From the NCBI GenBank assembly GCA_965603825.1, contig CBFDEM010000029.1, positions 1 through 64,000 of the forward strand: a stretch of 64,000 bases of DNA, read 5' to 3'. The notes under the pieces are model-generated. The model was not told the DNA's origin and searched no databases. It saw only the letters and a program-made list of their open reading frames with translations. Both the position numbers and the translations under genes were made by a program. Of the stretch, positions 25,858 through 36,800 are shown in pieces. How positions within the stretch are numbered: position 1 is the stretch's first letter; each line of letters starts with the position of its first letter. The stretch comes from Blepharisma stoltei ATCC 30299 (lineage: Eukaryota; Protista; Ciliophora).

Positions 25858-28417
25858 ATGTCTTTTCTTTCAAGTAAGGACTTATTTAGCGATATTTGGG
25901 ACTAAGAAAGAAGAGTCAAGGCAAAAGCCAAACCCAGCTCCTGCTCCTTCGCCTGCACCTATGAATATGTTTTCTGGGCTTTCAGTGAGGCAGACATCTA
26001 AAAATGTACAGCAGGAAAAGGCTAGTGATTATGTTCCTCCACAGTTGCCTATGCCGGCTTCTAAGCCGCCTATGATGTCTGACGATATAACTTCAAATCT
26101 AAGGCAAAATTCTCAAGGTTTTCCATTTCAAGGTGGACTTTCTCATAGCGACACTTTTAATAATGCTTCTGATAGAGGAGGATTCACGATGAATTCTTCA
26201 ACAAGTGATCCTTTTGCAAGCTTAGAAATACCTAAAACAGAACCAGCTGTAAAACATGAAGAGCTCAAAAAAATTTCACATGAAAAATCTAGAAGTGTGA
26301 GTGAAAACAAATTAGATAAAGAAGAGGCAATTGGGACAAATTTTAAATCCACAAAGCAATTTACAGATTATCCTGATGATAAAGAAGAAACATCATTTTT
26401 CGCGAAATCAAGAAAAATGAGACTTGGAGAGTCAGAAACTGAAGAAAGCGCTGGAAGCGAAACAAGATCAGTAAATTCAGAAGATGTGAGTGGATATTTT
26501 AAAGAAAAGAAAGAAACTCCAGAAGATTCCCCTAAGCCTCTTTTTTTGAATCTCAAAGAGAAAAGACAAGAAAATTCTGAGGAATCATCAAGGGGTTTTT
26601 ATTTACCTCCCAAAGAAAAGAAAGAAAATACAGAAGAGCAGGCTAAGCCATTTTTCTTGCCAGCCAAAGAGAAGAAGTCAGATGCCATTGAAGAAATCTC
26701 CAAGCCTTTTTCCTTACCAAGTAAAGAAGAAAAATCAGAAGAAAAGGGGTTTAAATTGCCAAAAGACGAAGAAGTCGTCTATAAAGATAAAAAGCTAGAA
26801 ACACCATTTTCTCTGCCTCAAAAAGAGAAAAAGCAGGAAGGATTCAAAGAGAAGAGGACTGAATCTTCACAAGAAAATAGTTTCAAAAAAATGATTGAAG
26901 ACAAAAAGCGAAAAGAACAAGAAGAAAAATTGAACAAAGCCAAAGAAGAGCAATTAAAGCAGGAAAAGGAAAGAAAAGAAAGAGAAATTTATGAAAATCC
27001 CGAAACCTTAAAAGAAATGATAAAGAGCACCATTCAGGAATTCTCTAATCAAATTAAAGAAAAAACAAAGGAGCAAGAAAGAATTAAAGAGCAGAGCATT
27101 CAGCTGGCACAAGAGATATTAGATGCGGAGGAAAAGATAAAAAAGCTTGAAGAGGCTGAAGACATAGCTGCAGCTAACGATGATTTTGAAACTGCAGACA
27201 GCTATCACCAAGAAATCGGTGAGCTTAGATCTTTAATAGAGTCAAACCACTCCAAGTTAAACGAAAATTCAAACTTATACTCAGAATTGGAAACATCCAA
27301 AACAGAAATTTATAAATCCCAAGATGCATGAATCAATGCAACTAATGAAGCAAGCGTAAAGTATCGCACTGAGTTTGAAAAACTCTTAAAGAAAAATAAA
27401 GAAGACTTCGAGATCCACTCAAAAGAAACCCAAGAAAGCTTCCAGCAAGAAGGAGAGTATCTGAGTGAACAAGAGAAAATTCTCGAAAGCAGTGAAGTAG
27501 ATGCCAAAGAAAGTTATGAAGCTTTGCAAAGTAAAATCAATGAAAAAACCCAATCACTTAAAGATGAAAAAAGTACATTAGAATCTGAGCTCTCTTCGTT
27601 AGACTCTGAGATTGAAGAACTTCAAAGAATTCTCAAAGAAAAAATCCAGAAGTCAATGGAACTTCGTCAAAGCTTATCCATTGCAGAGTCAAAGCTGTAT
27701 GAAAGCATGCAGGAATTTGAAGATGAGCTATCATCTAGCCAAGAAATACAACAAAAAATTTCAAGTGAACTACAAGAAATCAAAAATTCCCAAGAAAGCC
27801 TATCAAGCAGAAAAGTTGCATTTTCAGCTGAAACTGAGTCACAGACCAAGAAATTCGAAGAGCAAAGCAGTCAACTAGAATCACTAGAAGACTGTGCATC
27901 TCTATTAAAATCTGAAAAAGATAGACTTGATGAGCTAATTCTTGCTAGAGAAGAGTGCTTAAAAGAAATTTCTGAAAGTGAAAAACAAGTCCAAGAAAAG
28001 GAAAAAGTTTTAAAAGATGCTCAAGAGTATTATAATGTAAATAAGCAGCAAACTGAGTCGCTGAGAGAAATCGTACGTCAAGAAGAAGATAAAATCAGAG
28101 AAATTAGTAACAAAATCCCAGGCTTAGAAGCAGAAAAGAAAACAGCTGCGGCGAGCAAACAATTCAAAGAAGCAGCAAGGCTAGCAAATGAAATAAAGGA
28201 TTTATTAGCAGAGCAGTCACAAAAGGATGCGAAATTAGAAGAGCTAAGGAAAAGGTTGATGGAAGAATTGGACAATTTAAGAACAGTAAATTATATTTAG
28301 ATTGAAAAAACTGAAGAGGAAATTAGGACTGATTTGATAAAGCAGCACGCACAGTTAGAAGCGGCTAAGGAAAAATTATTGCATTCAGATGAGATAGGTA
28401 AAGCGAGTTTGGAATAA
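25858..28417 (+). CDS. Long coiled-coil protein with two UVR(UvrB/C)-like motifs and a disordered N-terminus
   Basis: ATG 25858 + 16-nt intron 25874-25889 enters the frame of ORF 25961; TGA-Trp at 27329; 15-nt intron 28286-28300; motifs EEAEDIAAANDDFETAD and EAEKKTAAASKQFKEAARLANEIK; E/K-rich heptads; 3' end slightly uncertain. Confidence 0.8.
25874..25889 (+). other. 16-nt intron
   Basis: gtaaggacttatttag; removal puts ATG 25858 in frame with the downstream ORF. Confidence 0.8.
28286..28300 (+). other. 15-nt intron
   Basis: gtaaattatatttag, phase 0, in-frame TAG. Confidence 0.85.
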
Positions 28418-28582
28418 TATTATGATTCTTTATTAATTCTTTATAGCTGAAATAAAAATCTTGGGCTTATGATGTGGCTTAATCAGTTTATCGCTTGATA
28501 TATAAAAATCATCTAAACATCTTAGAGATTTAAATGAATTTTCGAAGAAATTCTCATATCACACTTTTTATTTATTTAAACT

Positions 28583-29077
28583 ATGTCTAGTAAACATAAA
28601 TCTTCAAAGCGCCAATCGAGAAAAGCTGCACAAGACTCTCCACCAGATAAAGGATTCGAGTTAGATCTTTCTTTTGACACAGAAAATTTTTCAGGTTTCG
28701 ATGCTGCCCTCGATGATTTAAAGGGCTCATTTTTTTCTAAGTCTAGTGAAAGCAAAGGAGAAGAGTATTTTGATAATTTTGGAGGGGCTTTTGAAGAGTC
28801 AGAAGGCAAAGAGGATATGAATCAAGCTTTTGTTGTGGAAAGCTCAATACTTTCAATAGAAGAAGATGACAAAGAAGAAGTTAAGGAGAAAATTTTTGGC
28901 GTTGAAATAAAACCTGAAATAAAAGAAGCTGAAAATATACAACAAACTAAAGTAAGCAAAGCTCAAGTAGTGAATGTTGTTGCAATTGAAAGAAGTGAAA
29001 TAGGGCAGAGTTGATGATGCCAGTCATGCTTAATTGCTGATGAAAAGAGAAAAGAAAGCCGGTGCATCCTATTTTAA
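28583..29077 (+). CDS. Small acidic protein (164 aa) with C-terminal CaaX box (CILF*)
   Basis: Reading TGA TGA (29012-29017) as WW extends the ORF to ...QSWWCQSCLIADEKRKESRCILF-TAA. Confidence 0.7.
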
Positions 29078-30076
29078 TTGTTGTTGATAAAAAGGTCTTT
29101 TTGAATTGAAAGCACTTAGTAGAATAATTTTATAGTTTTAAATTCCATTAATTCTAGGTTATTAACTTAATTCTTTACCTAAAATTTTTTATTAGCTAAT
29201 TATCAATTAAATATTTTTTATAGCAGAGCTTATCTGTTTCATCTCATGACCTTTCAAATTCTTTAATTTTTCAATATTTTCCAAGTTATGTTTAAATCTC
29301 TCGAAAAATAGGCATTTTTATAAATAAAGGGGTTTGAAATATAAGCAAACAAAAAATATGGCTTTTAATCATCCGAATTCTTTATGATAATTTTAAAAGC
29401 TTAAATTTGGGTTTGGCTTAACTATTTACCAGCATAAAATCGCAAGAGAAATTTATTAAAAAATTTTAAAACTATACTTCCAACTAATTTTTCACAGAAT
29501 TAATTTAAATATATTTTTCTGAAGTTAAATAGAAGGTTCTAGACTTTTAAAAACGCTTTTTAGTTCGCGAGTCTCAGTCTTGAATTTAATAAAATTTCCA
29601 GAGTTTTGTGGTTTTTGAATCCCTTTTACCTATTTATAACTAGGCTTTTCCATATACCTTTCCATAAGCCAAAAATTTCAAAATCTCTTCTGCTAGCCAC
29701 AAAACAATTTTTAGTCTCTCCAATTTTACTTTAAACAGCTTATTTTTGAATCTCTTCATCTATACAGACAGTTCATAAGAGTTTTCAAAAACTACCTAAA
29801 CTATTAACTGCTTAGACTTTTAGTCTAAATTTTAGGATTTTAAAACTAAAATAATTAGCTTCTATTTAGGTTCTCTTCAAAAAAATTATATTCTCTCTTA
29901 ATTCAAAATAAAGTCTAGTTTAAGTTCTAACCAGAGAGATTGTCTAAAGCTTTCTTATTTAACCAAAAAACTAAATGATTTAAGGTAGAATAGAACTCAT
30001 CAGACTAATTAATCTCTGTTTATTCTGTATATTCCATTGGAGAAATTAACATCAAGCTAATCTGTTCTGATGATCA

Positions 30077-33000
30077 ATGGAATTAATAATAAAAATGAAA
30101 GTCAGAGATTCAGACGAGGACACTCCACTAGGAGACCAAAAGCCCGAAACTCCAAAAGCAAAAGGATCTATCAAAGAATTATACAAGTATGCTACCTACA
30201 CAGACTTTTTTCTCTTTGTAGTTGGCTTCATCTCTTCTGCAGCCCTTGGAGCAATCCAACCCCTTTTCTTTCTCTTTATGGGAGATTTTTTTGGAAGCAT
30301 GGACCAGAATACCTCGAAGAATGAGTTTTACGATGCTTCAAAAATCGTTAGTTATGAACTTATTGGTTCAGCCGTAGTCTTCACAATTGCTGGAACACTT
30401 GCGGTCATGTGCCTTGTTAATGTTGGAGCAAGGCAAGGATTCCACTATCGAAGAGAATTTTTCAAAGCCATCATAAATTCAGACCCATCATGGTTTGACC
30501 TTAGAAATGTAGCTGAACTGCCTCAGTCTATCGCAACCGAGACCTTAATGATTGAAAGAGCTACAGGTGACAAACTAGTCATACTTATACAAGGTGCCAG
30601 CATGATTATTTCCTCAATCATCATAGCAATAGTCAAAGGACTTCAGCTGACACTATTCTGCTTCATATTTATGCCTACAGTGACAGCAGGATTTATCCTT
30701 ACCCATCAAGGACTTGAACAAAATGCAAAAATGGCTGATACCTCTTATAAAGCAGCAGGAGGAGTTGCAGAAGAAGCTTTACAAGAAATCAAAACGGTGT
30801 CTTCAATGAATGGCCAGAAGCACGAAGCGAAGAAATATACAGAACGAATTAAGGACTCACAAAAATCGATGATCACTGCTGGACTTAAAGTTGGAGGAGG
30901 AACTGCCTTAGGGATGGGCTCTTTTATGTTCATGAACGGGGTAATCTTTATTGTTGGTGCCTGGTTCATTGACAAAAATGAAGAAAACTGGACTGGCGGA
31001 CAAGAATACGACTTATCGATGGTCATAACAGTCATGTGGGTAAGCTTGATGGCCTTTAACAATATTTCATTGTGCGTTCCAAGTCTTAAACTGATAAGCC
31101 AGGGAAGAGTAGCTGTGCGTAGTATCAACGAAATCATCAGCACAAAATCAAAACTTACCCAAGGAGAATGCAGAAAGGAAATCAGTGGAGCTATCTCATT
31201 CCGCGATGTTAAATTTGCATACCCATCAGCTCCAGGATCCGAAATCCTTAAAGGCATGAGCTTCGATCTTGAGCCAGGTCAAAGGCTAGGGGTTGTAGGT
31301 AGTACCGGATCTGGAAAAAGCACAATTGTTCAGCTTCTCCTAAGGTACTATGAACCAACTTCAGGTACTATAACTATTGATGGCAACAATATTATGGACT
31401 ATCCAATAAGTTTCCTAAGAGAAAGTATTGGGCTAGTCAGTCAAGAGCCACTTCTTTTTAATACCAGTATTTATGAAAATATAAGATATGGAAAACTTAA
31501 TGCTACACAAGAAGAAATCGAATTCGCCGCCAAGGAAGCAGGTGCTCATGACTTCATCATGGCGTTACCCGACAAATACTTAACTTCTGCAGGAACAAAA
31601 GGTTCTCAACTATCTGGAGGACAAAAACAAAGAATTGCTATTGCAAGAGCCTTTATCAGGAATCCTAAAATCTTGCTATTGGATGAAGCTACCAGTGCTT
31701 TAGATAGACAAACAGAGCAAGCAGTAGTTGAAGCTATTGATAAAGCAATGCCAAACTCCACAAGAATTACAATAGCTCAGAACCTTCTCACAATCAGGGA
31801 CTCAAATTTCATTATCATGATTGACCAAGGAGTCGTCTTGGAATACGGAAGTCACAAAGAGCTTATGAAAAATAAATCAAAATATTATCATCTTATACAA
31901 ATGCAAAAGATTCAGCAGAAAAATGAAGATGAGGACCAAAGCAAAGCGAAGGCCACTGATCTAGAAGTATTGAAAAGCAAAGAAGCTCAGAAAGTTGTTG
32001 AAGATTACAACCCAGCAGATGTGAGGAAAAAAATGATGATGATGAGCAAAAGTGAAAGAGGGTGGCTGTATTTAGGAATGGTTGGATCACTTTTAGTAGG
32101 CGCAGGATATCCACTCGTAGGGATGTTTGTAGGCAAAGAAACCTTTGTACTAGCCTATCAAGAAAGCGATATGATTTCAAAAAGCTCAGAATATGCTGGA
32201 TATCTATTTCTTATAGCATTTTTTGTATCGCTTGGATTGATGTTTGAATCAGTGGGCTACCCAAAGATGAGCGCAAACATTACTGAAAAAATGAGACGCG
32301 AAAGCTTTAAAGCTTTGCTTAAGTATGAGACTGCATTTTTTGACCTGCCAGAAAATAACTGTAGCGCGCTTTCAGCAAGGCTTTGCAATGACTGTGAGAA
32401 AGTCAATGGATTGGGTGGGCACATGATAGGGATTGTTCTTGGGCTTATCAGTTCTTTAGCAGTTGCCCATGGAGTTGCTGCTGGATATTCTTGGAGGATG
32501 TGCTTGGTTTTCTTAGCCATTATCCCAATTATTATTTTTTCGACGGCAGCTGCGTTTATGGCTCAGTCAGTTGGAGTTGTTAAATTTAACTACGAGTCTA
32601 CTACATCTCAAGCTGCTGATGCTATTATGAATTATAGGACTGCCAAAGCTTTTAACTTAGAGGCTACTATGCTTGGCAAATATTTGGAGCCAACAACACA
32701 AGAGTTTGCTGGCATTAGGAAAAAAGCCACATATTCAGGAATTACATATGGACTAGGTTTTGGGTTAATTTGGTGCGCTTATGCATTATTATTCTGGTGG
32801 GGTGGTAAAATAGTTGTTGAAGACCTTGATACTTATGAAAATATGACAGTTGCAATGATGACTTGTATGTTTGGATCTTATGGCTTTTTCTTGGCAGGTA
32901 TCTATGCTCCAGATGTCAAAAATGGAGTGGAAGCAGCAAAAAGACTTTTCAAGATTTTAGAGTACCAACCAACAATCAATGTTAACAGCAAAGAAGGAGA

Positions 33001-33739
33001 AAGAAAGGAAATTGTAGGCAAAATTGAATTTAGAGAGGTTAACTTCAGCTATCCTAACAGAAACTATATGGCAGTCAAATCTCTTAGTTTTGTTGTCAAC
33101 CCAGGAACTCATTTTGCCATTATAGGGAGAACAGGATCAGGAAAATCCACAGTCATTCAACTGATATTAAGGCTTTATGATCCACTAAATGGGTCAGTTT
33201 TAATTGATGATCTAAATATAAAAGAATACAACCTCAAGCATTTAAGAAGCCAAATTGGACTTGTTGGTCAAGAGCCAGTGCTATTTACAGGTTCTATCGC
33301 AGAAAATATTGCTTATGGAATCAAAGCTTCCCAAGAAGAAATTGAAGAAGCAGCCAAAAAATCGCAAGCTATTGAATTTATTACAGATCCAAAATATCCT
33401 GAAGGTTTTGAACGTCAAGTTGGCATTAAAGGGAGTCAGCTCAGTGGAGGACAGAAGCAACGTATTGCTATTGCCAGAGCTATTATAAGGAATCCTAAAA
33501 TATTGATCTTCGACGAAGCTACAAGTGCTCTGGACCCTAAGACTGAAATGTTGCTACTTTCTGCTATAAAAGATGTAATGGCAGGGAAAACTGTAATAAT
33601 GATTGCTCATAGACTTAAAACAATTTCAGAAGCTCATCAAGTAATGGTGCTTGAAAGCGGAAAAATTTTAGAAATAGGAACAAGAGAAGATTTAATGAGT
33701 CAAGGAGGCTACTTCTATAATATGATCAGCAATCTTTAA
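30077..33739 (+). CDS. ABCB1: Full-length ABC transporter, ABCB/P-glycoprotein (MDR) type
   Basis: TMD-NBD-TMD-NBD; Walker A GSTGSGKS and GRTGSGKS; LSGGQKQRIAIARA twice; DEATSALD twice; start may be ATG 30095. Confidence 0.95.
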   Translation: MELIIKMKVRDSDEDTPLGDQKPETPKAKGSIKELYKYATYTDFFLFVVGFISSAALGAIQPLFFLFMGDFFGSMDQNTSKNEFYDASKIVSYELIGSAVVFTIAGTLAVMCLVNVGARQGFHYRREFFKAIINSDPSWFDLRNVAELPQSIATETLMIERATGDKLVILIQGASMIISSIIIAIVKGLQLTLFCFIFMPTVTAGFILTHQGLEQNAKMADTSYKAAGGVAEEALQEIKTVSSMNGQKHEAKKYTERIKDSQKSMITAGLKVGGGTALGMGSFMFMNGVIFIVGAWFIDKNEENWTGGQEYDLSMVITVMWVSLMAFNNISLCVPSLKLISQGRVAVRSINEIISTKSKLTQGECRKEISGAISFRDVKFAYPSAPGSEILKGMSFDLEPGQRLGVVGSTGSGKSTIVQLLLRYYEPTSGTITIDGNNIMDYPISFLRESIGLVSQEPLLFNTSIYENIRYGKLNATQEEIEFAAKEAGAHDFIMALPDKYLTSAGTKGSQLSGGQKQRIAIARAFIRNPKILLLDEATSALDRQTEQAVVEAIDKAMPNSTRITIAQNLLTIRDSNFIIMIDQGVVLEYGSHKELMKNKSKYYHLIQMQKIQQKNEDEDQSKAKATDLEVLKSKEAQKVVEDYNPADVRKKMMMMSKSERGWLYLGMVGSLLVGAGYPLVGMFVGKETFVLAYQESDMISKSSEYAGYLFLIAFFVSLGLMFESVGYPKMSANITEKMRRESFKALLKYETAFFDLPENNCSALSARLCNDCEKVNGLGGHMIGIVLGLISSLAVAHGVAAGYSWRMCLVFLAIIPIIIFSTAAAFMAQSVGVVKFNYESTTSQAADAIMNYRTAKAFNLEATMLGKYLEPTTQEFAGIRKKATYSGITYGLGFGLIWCAYALLFWWGGKIVVEDLDTYENMTVAMMTCMFGSYGFFLAGIYAPDVKNGVEAAKRLFKILEYQPTINVNSKEGERKEIVGKIEFREVNFSYPNRNYMAVKSLSFVVNPGTHFAIIGRTGSGKSTVIQLILRLYDPLNGSVLIDDLNIKEYNLKHLRSQIGLVGQEPVLFTGSIAENIAYGIKASQEEIEEAAKKSQAIEFITDPKYPEGFERQVGIKGSQLSGGQKQRIAIARAIIRNPKILIFDEATSALDPKTEMLLLSAIKDVMAGKTVIMIAHRLKTISEAHQVMVLESGKILEIGTREDLMSQGGYFYNMISNL

Positions 33740-33880
33740 TATCCTTAATATTTTTTTACCATTTTTAAATATACAGCGATTTTAAATATTAATTATTTTA
33801 ATTTTGGAATATCGATTTTATTATTCGTATATTTCCATAATTTTTATTATCGCTGTTAAAATGAATATTATTTAGTATTC

Positions 33881-36800
33881 TTATATTGTTATTACTTTCA
33901 TCTTATTTTTTAGGCCCTTTTTTAGTCTTCCTTCAACTATTTTAGAAGCTCCCACTCCTTCAAGTGTTATAGCTTCATTAGTTACAGTTGCATTTCCTAA
34001 TGTGTTAATATCTTTATTGATCTCAGTATTTTTCTTCGGAATGAAATTATCTTTAATTATTTTTCAAATATCTCTTACAGAAATAATCGTTGAGCAAATC
34101 AAGTTGACTGCGATTATGGAATTTACTGTCCATATTATTGCGTATTCAATATTTACTAACGCATTGTGATCCATATCAAACAGAAATGCTCCAGTAAAGC
34201 ACATTACAATTACTATACCTATTTCTGCAATTAAATTCCCTACTTGAACTAGAATATCGTTATAAGGCCAATATCTAATTAAATACAATGTATTTAATAG
34301 GGAGTGAACTATATTTATAGTAACTTCTGCACTAGGATAATCTTTTAAAATAATCAAGGTAAATATATATACTAATCTCCTAAGAAAAAAAACTGTATAA
34401 AACTGAGTACTCATAAATCCTTGATCGTTTTTAAACTCGTAGAAAAATGGGTCCCAAATTGATAGAAAACTCTTATCCCGGCCAATAATATGGCCTTCGT
34501 TTTTCCAACAGAAAATAGGAAATAAGATAGGGGTTATAAATAAAAACAGCGTAAGTATTACTGATAAAACTTTATTAAAATATTGCACAATGTTTCAGTT
34601 TTCATACTAAATAATAAATACTGTTGTAAGGCAGATTAATGAGGAAATCCCAATTTCTAGATAAATTTGAATCCAAAACCTTAAAAATATTGCAAACTTG
34701 TATGATTTCAATATTTTTTCAATTTTTTGGGCAATATATTTGCAAGAGCAATTGGAAAAATAATAGACAAATGGAATTGCTATAATTAAAAGTAAAATTG
34801 CCGTAAAATCACTCCCAGAATTTAAAAAAAGTAGATCTGTTTCGAACCCAGCTTCATATGCATTTTTATATGGTTTTCCTCCATTATTCTCATCAACAAA
34901 TCATTCAAAAATATTTGGAAATAGATTAAAACTTAGCAAATTTTGGAAAAAATATCTGATTTTTTGAGAAAAATCTATTCCTGACAAAGGTAAATAGGAA
35001 AGCAGTGTCAAAAAGTTTAAGAAATTCCAAAAAGAAGATAAGTTACCACTTAAAAGTGCTAACACTAAAGAAGCTGATACGGCCGATTGTACTGTAGCTG
35101 TAGTTTGCAGTATTATAGAGTTAGCATCATCAGAAGAAGTATCTGGATAATATTCAAATAGAATCCCATTTAAATTATTTGTAATCAGATATGCTCTTTG
35201 TTTAGACCTAATATGTATATTATCAATGAAATGCAATATTACTTCCGTCCCTTTAGTAATATGATCATCAATTTTTATTGTAATATAAAATGTAGCCAAA
35301 GAGCTGCTTTCCATTGTGAAAGCTATATTTTTAGCATTAATGAAAATATTGATATCAGAAGTTGATATATTGGTAGATAGCTCTTCGCTAAATGTCAATA
35401 CTAATGAATTATCTTTTTTTACTGATAGATATGCTGAAAATAGCATCTTAGTGCATGACTGGCTATCGCTACGATATCCATCATTACATTTGCATAACCC
35501 ATCAACAATGATTGCGTTTTCAACACATGCGGCACATAAATTACTTGATGAGCAAGCTAAGCATAAATCAGGGCAGGGATACAGATTTCCATCTGTCCCA
35601 GTGTAATGCCCAGTTATTTCGTTGCAATTTTCATAAGTTGAATTCCACCCATAATTTTCATTGCAAATGCAATTTTCTGGATTATGTGCATTTTCAATAC
35701 AGCTTAAGCATGAATCCTCAGAATAATCATTACATATGTTACAAATTTTGTTGGAGCATAAGTTGCATAATAAGCTCTCGTCTTTGCAAGTCAAGCAGCT
35801 TGAAGAGCAGTCTGTGCATGATTTATAGCTTGGCCCAAGTCAGTATTCATATATCGGACAATTGGGAATGCAGTTATGGCTTAATGGGCAAGATAAGCAG
35901 TCTTCAGTGCATGATGCAATAGAGAGATCTGTATTATAATTTGCAATGCTATATATATGGATATGGTAGATAAAGCCTTTATAGTAAGAAGATCCGGATG
36001 TAAGTGAAGAAGAATCAGATCCGATGGTTACTCTCATATTTGTCGAAATGTCATTGAAGTATCCTGGAGAATTTCCATTTGAATTTTGAATTGTGTTGAC
36101 AATGCAGGTAATTACAGTGTTTGATCCATCATAATCTGATACTATTGCTAAATGATTTCATTGAAATAACGATAATGAACTTTGGCAGGTGAATGAAAAT
36201 AAGGCCCCATGAGCAAGATTTATAAGTACCTTTGGATAGCCATTAGACAAAGAGATGCTTAAATATGAGCTCAAAGAATTATTCTTTTTAGAAAAAAGAA
36301 CTGAGTTATTTGATTCGGGATTTATTCACAACGAAAAGGTGAAAATGGGCCCAATTAATAGCACGGGAGAAGTATATGATCCAAAATCAGGCAAGTTAAG
36401 CAATGACGAGATTCCATTAAAATAAAACCCTCTCAAATAAGCTGGAAGAGGGTCATCTAGATCATAATTCTTGTAAAAATTTTGAGTTGATCCTGTTATC
36501 GCAGGAATCAAATACTTCTTATCATAAACTACTCCATTCAAAGTATTTAAATCCAGTTCAAAAATAATTGAATCAATAAGTTGGCAAGTTTCATATGAAT
36601 CTGCATAATACCCTCTAGGACAATATCTTAAACATAAGCCTGCAAAAGAATAGTGATTGCTAGCACATGTAATGCAGCTATTATAATAGGCATCGCTGCA
36701 AGTAGTGCAGGAAATATCGCAAGAAATTGTGGTGGTAGTTTGCATACATCTTTCAGAATTTGCCTCATATATATATCCGAAATCACAGATGCAAGATCCT

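Noticed and set aside
28415-28446. Retained TA-bounded IES or transposon remnant
   Set aside because: No convincing terminal inverted repeats and no transposase in the window; cannot be supported without germline reads
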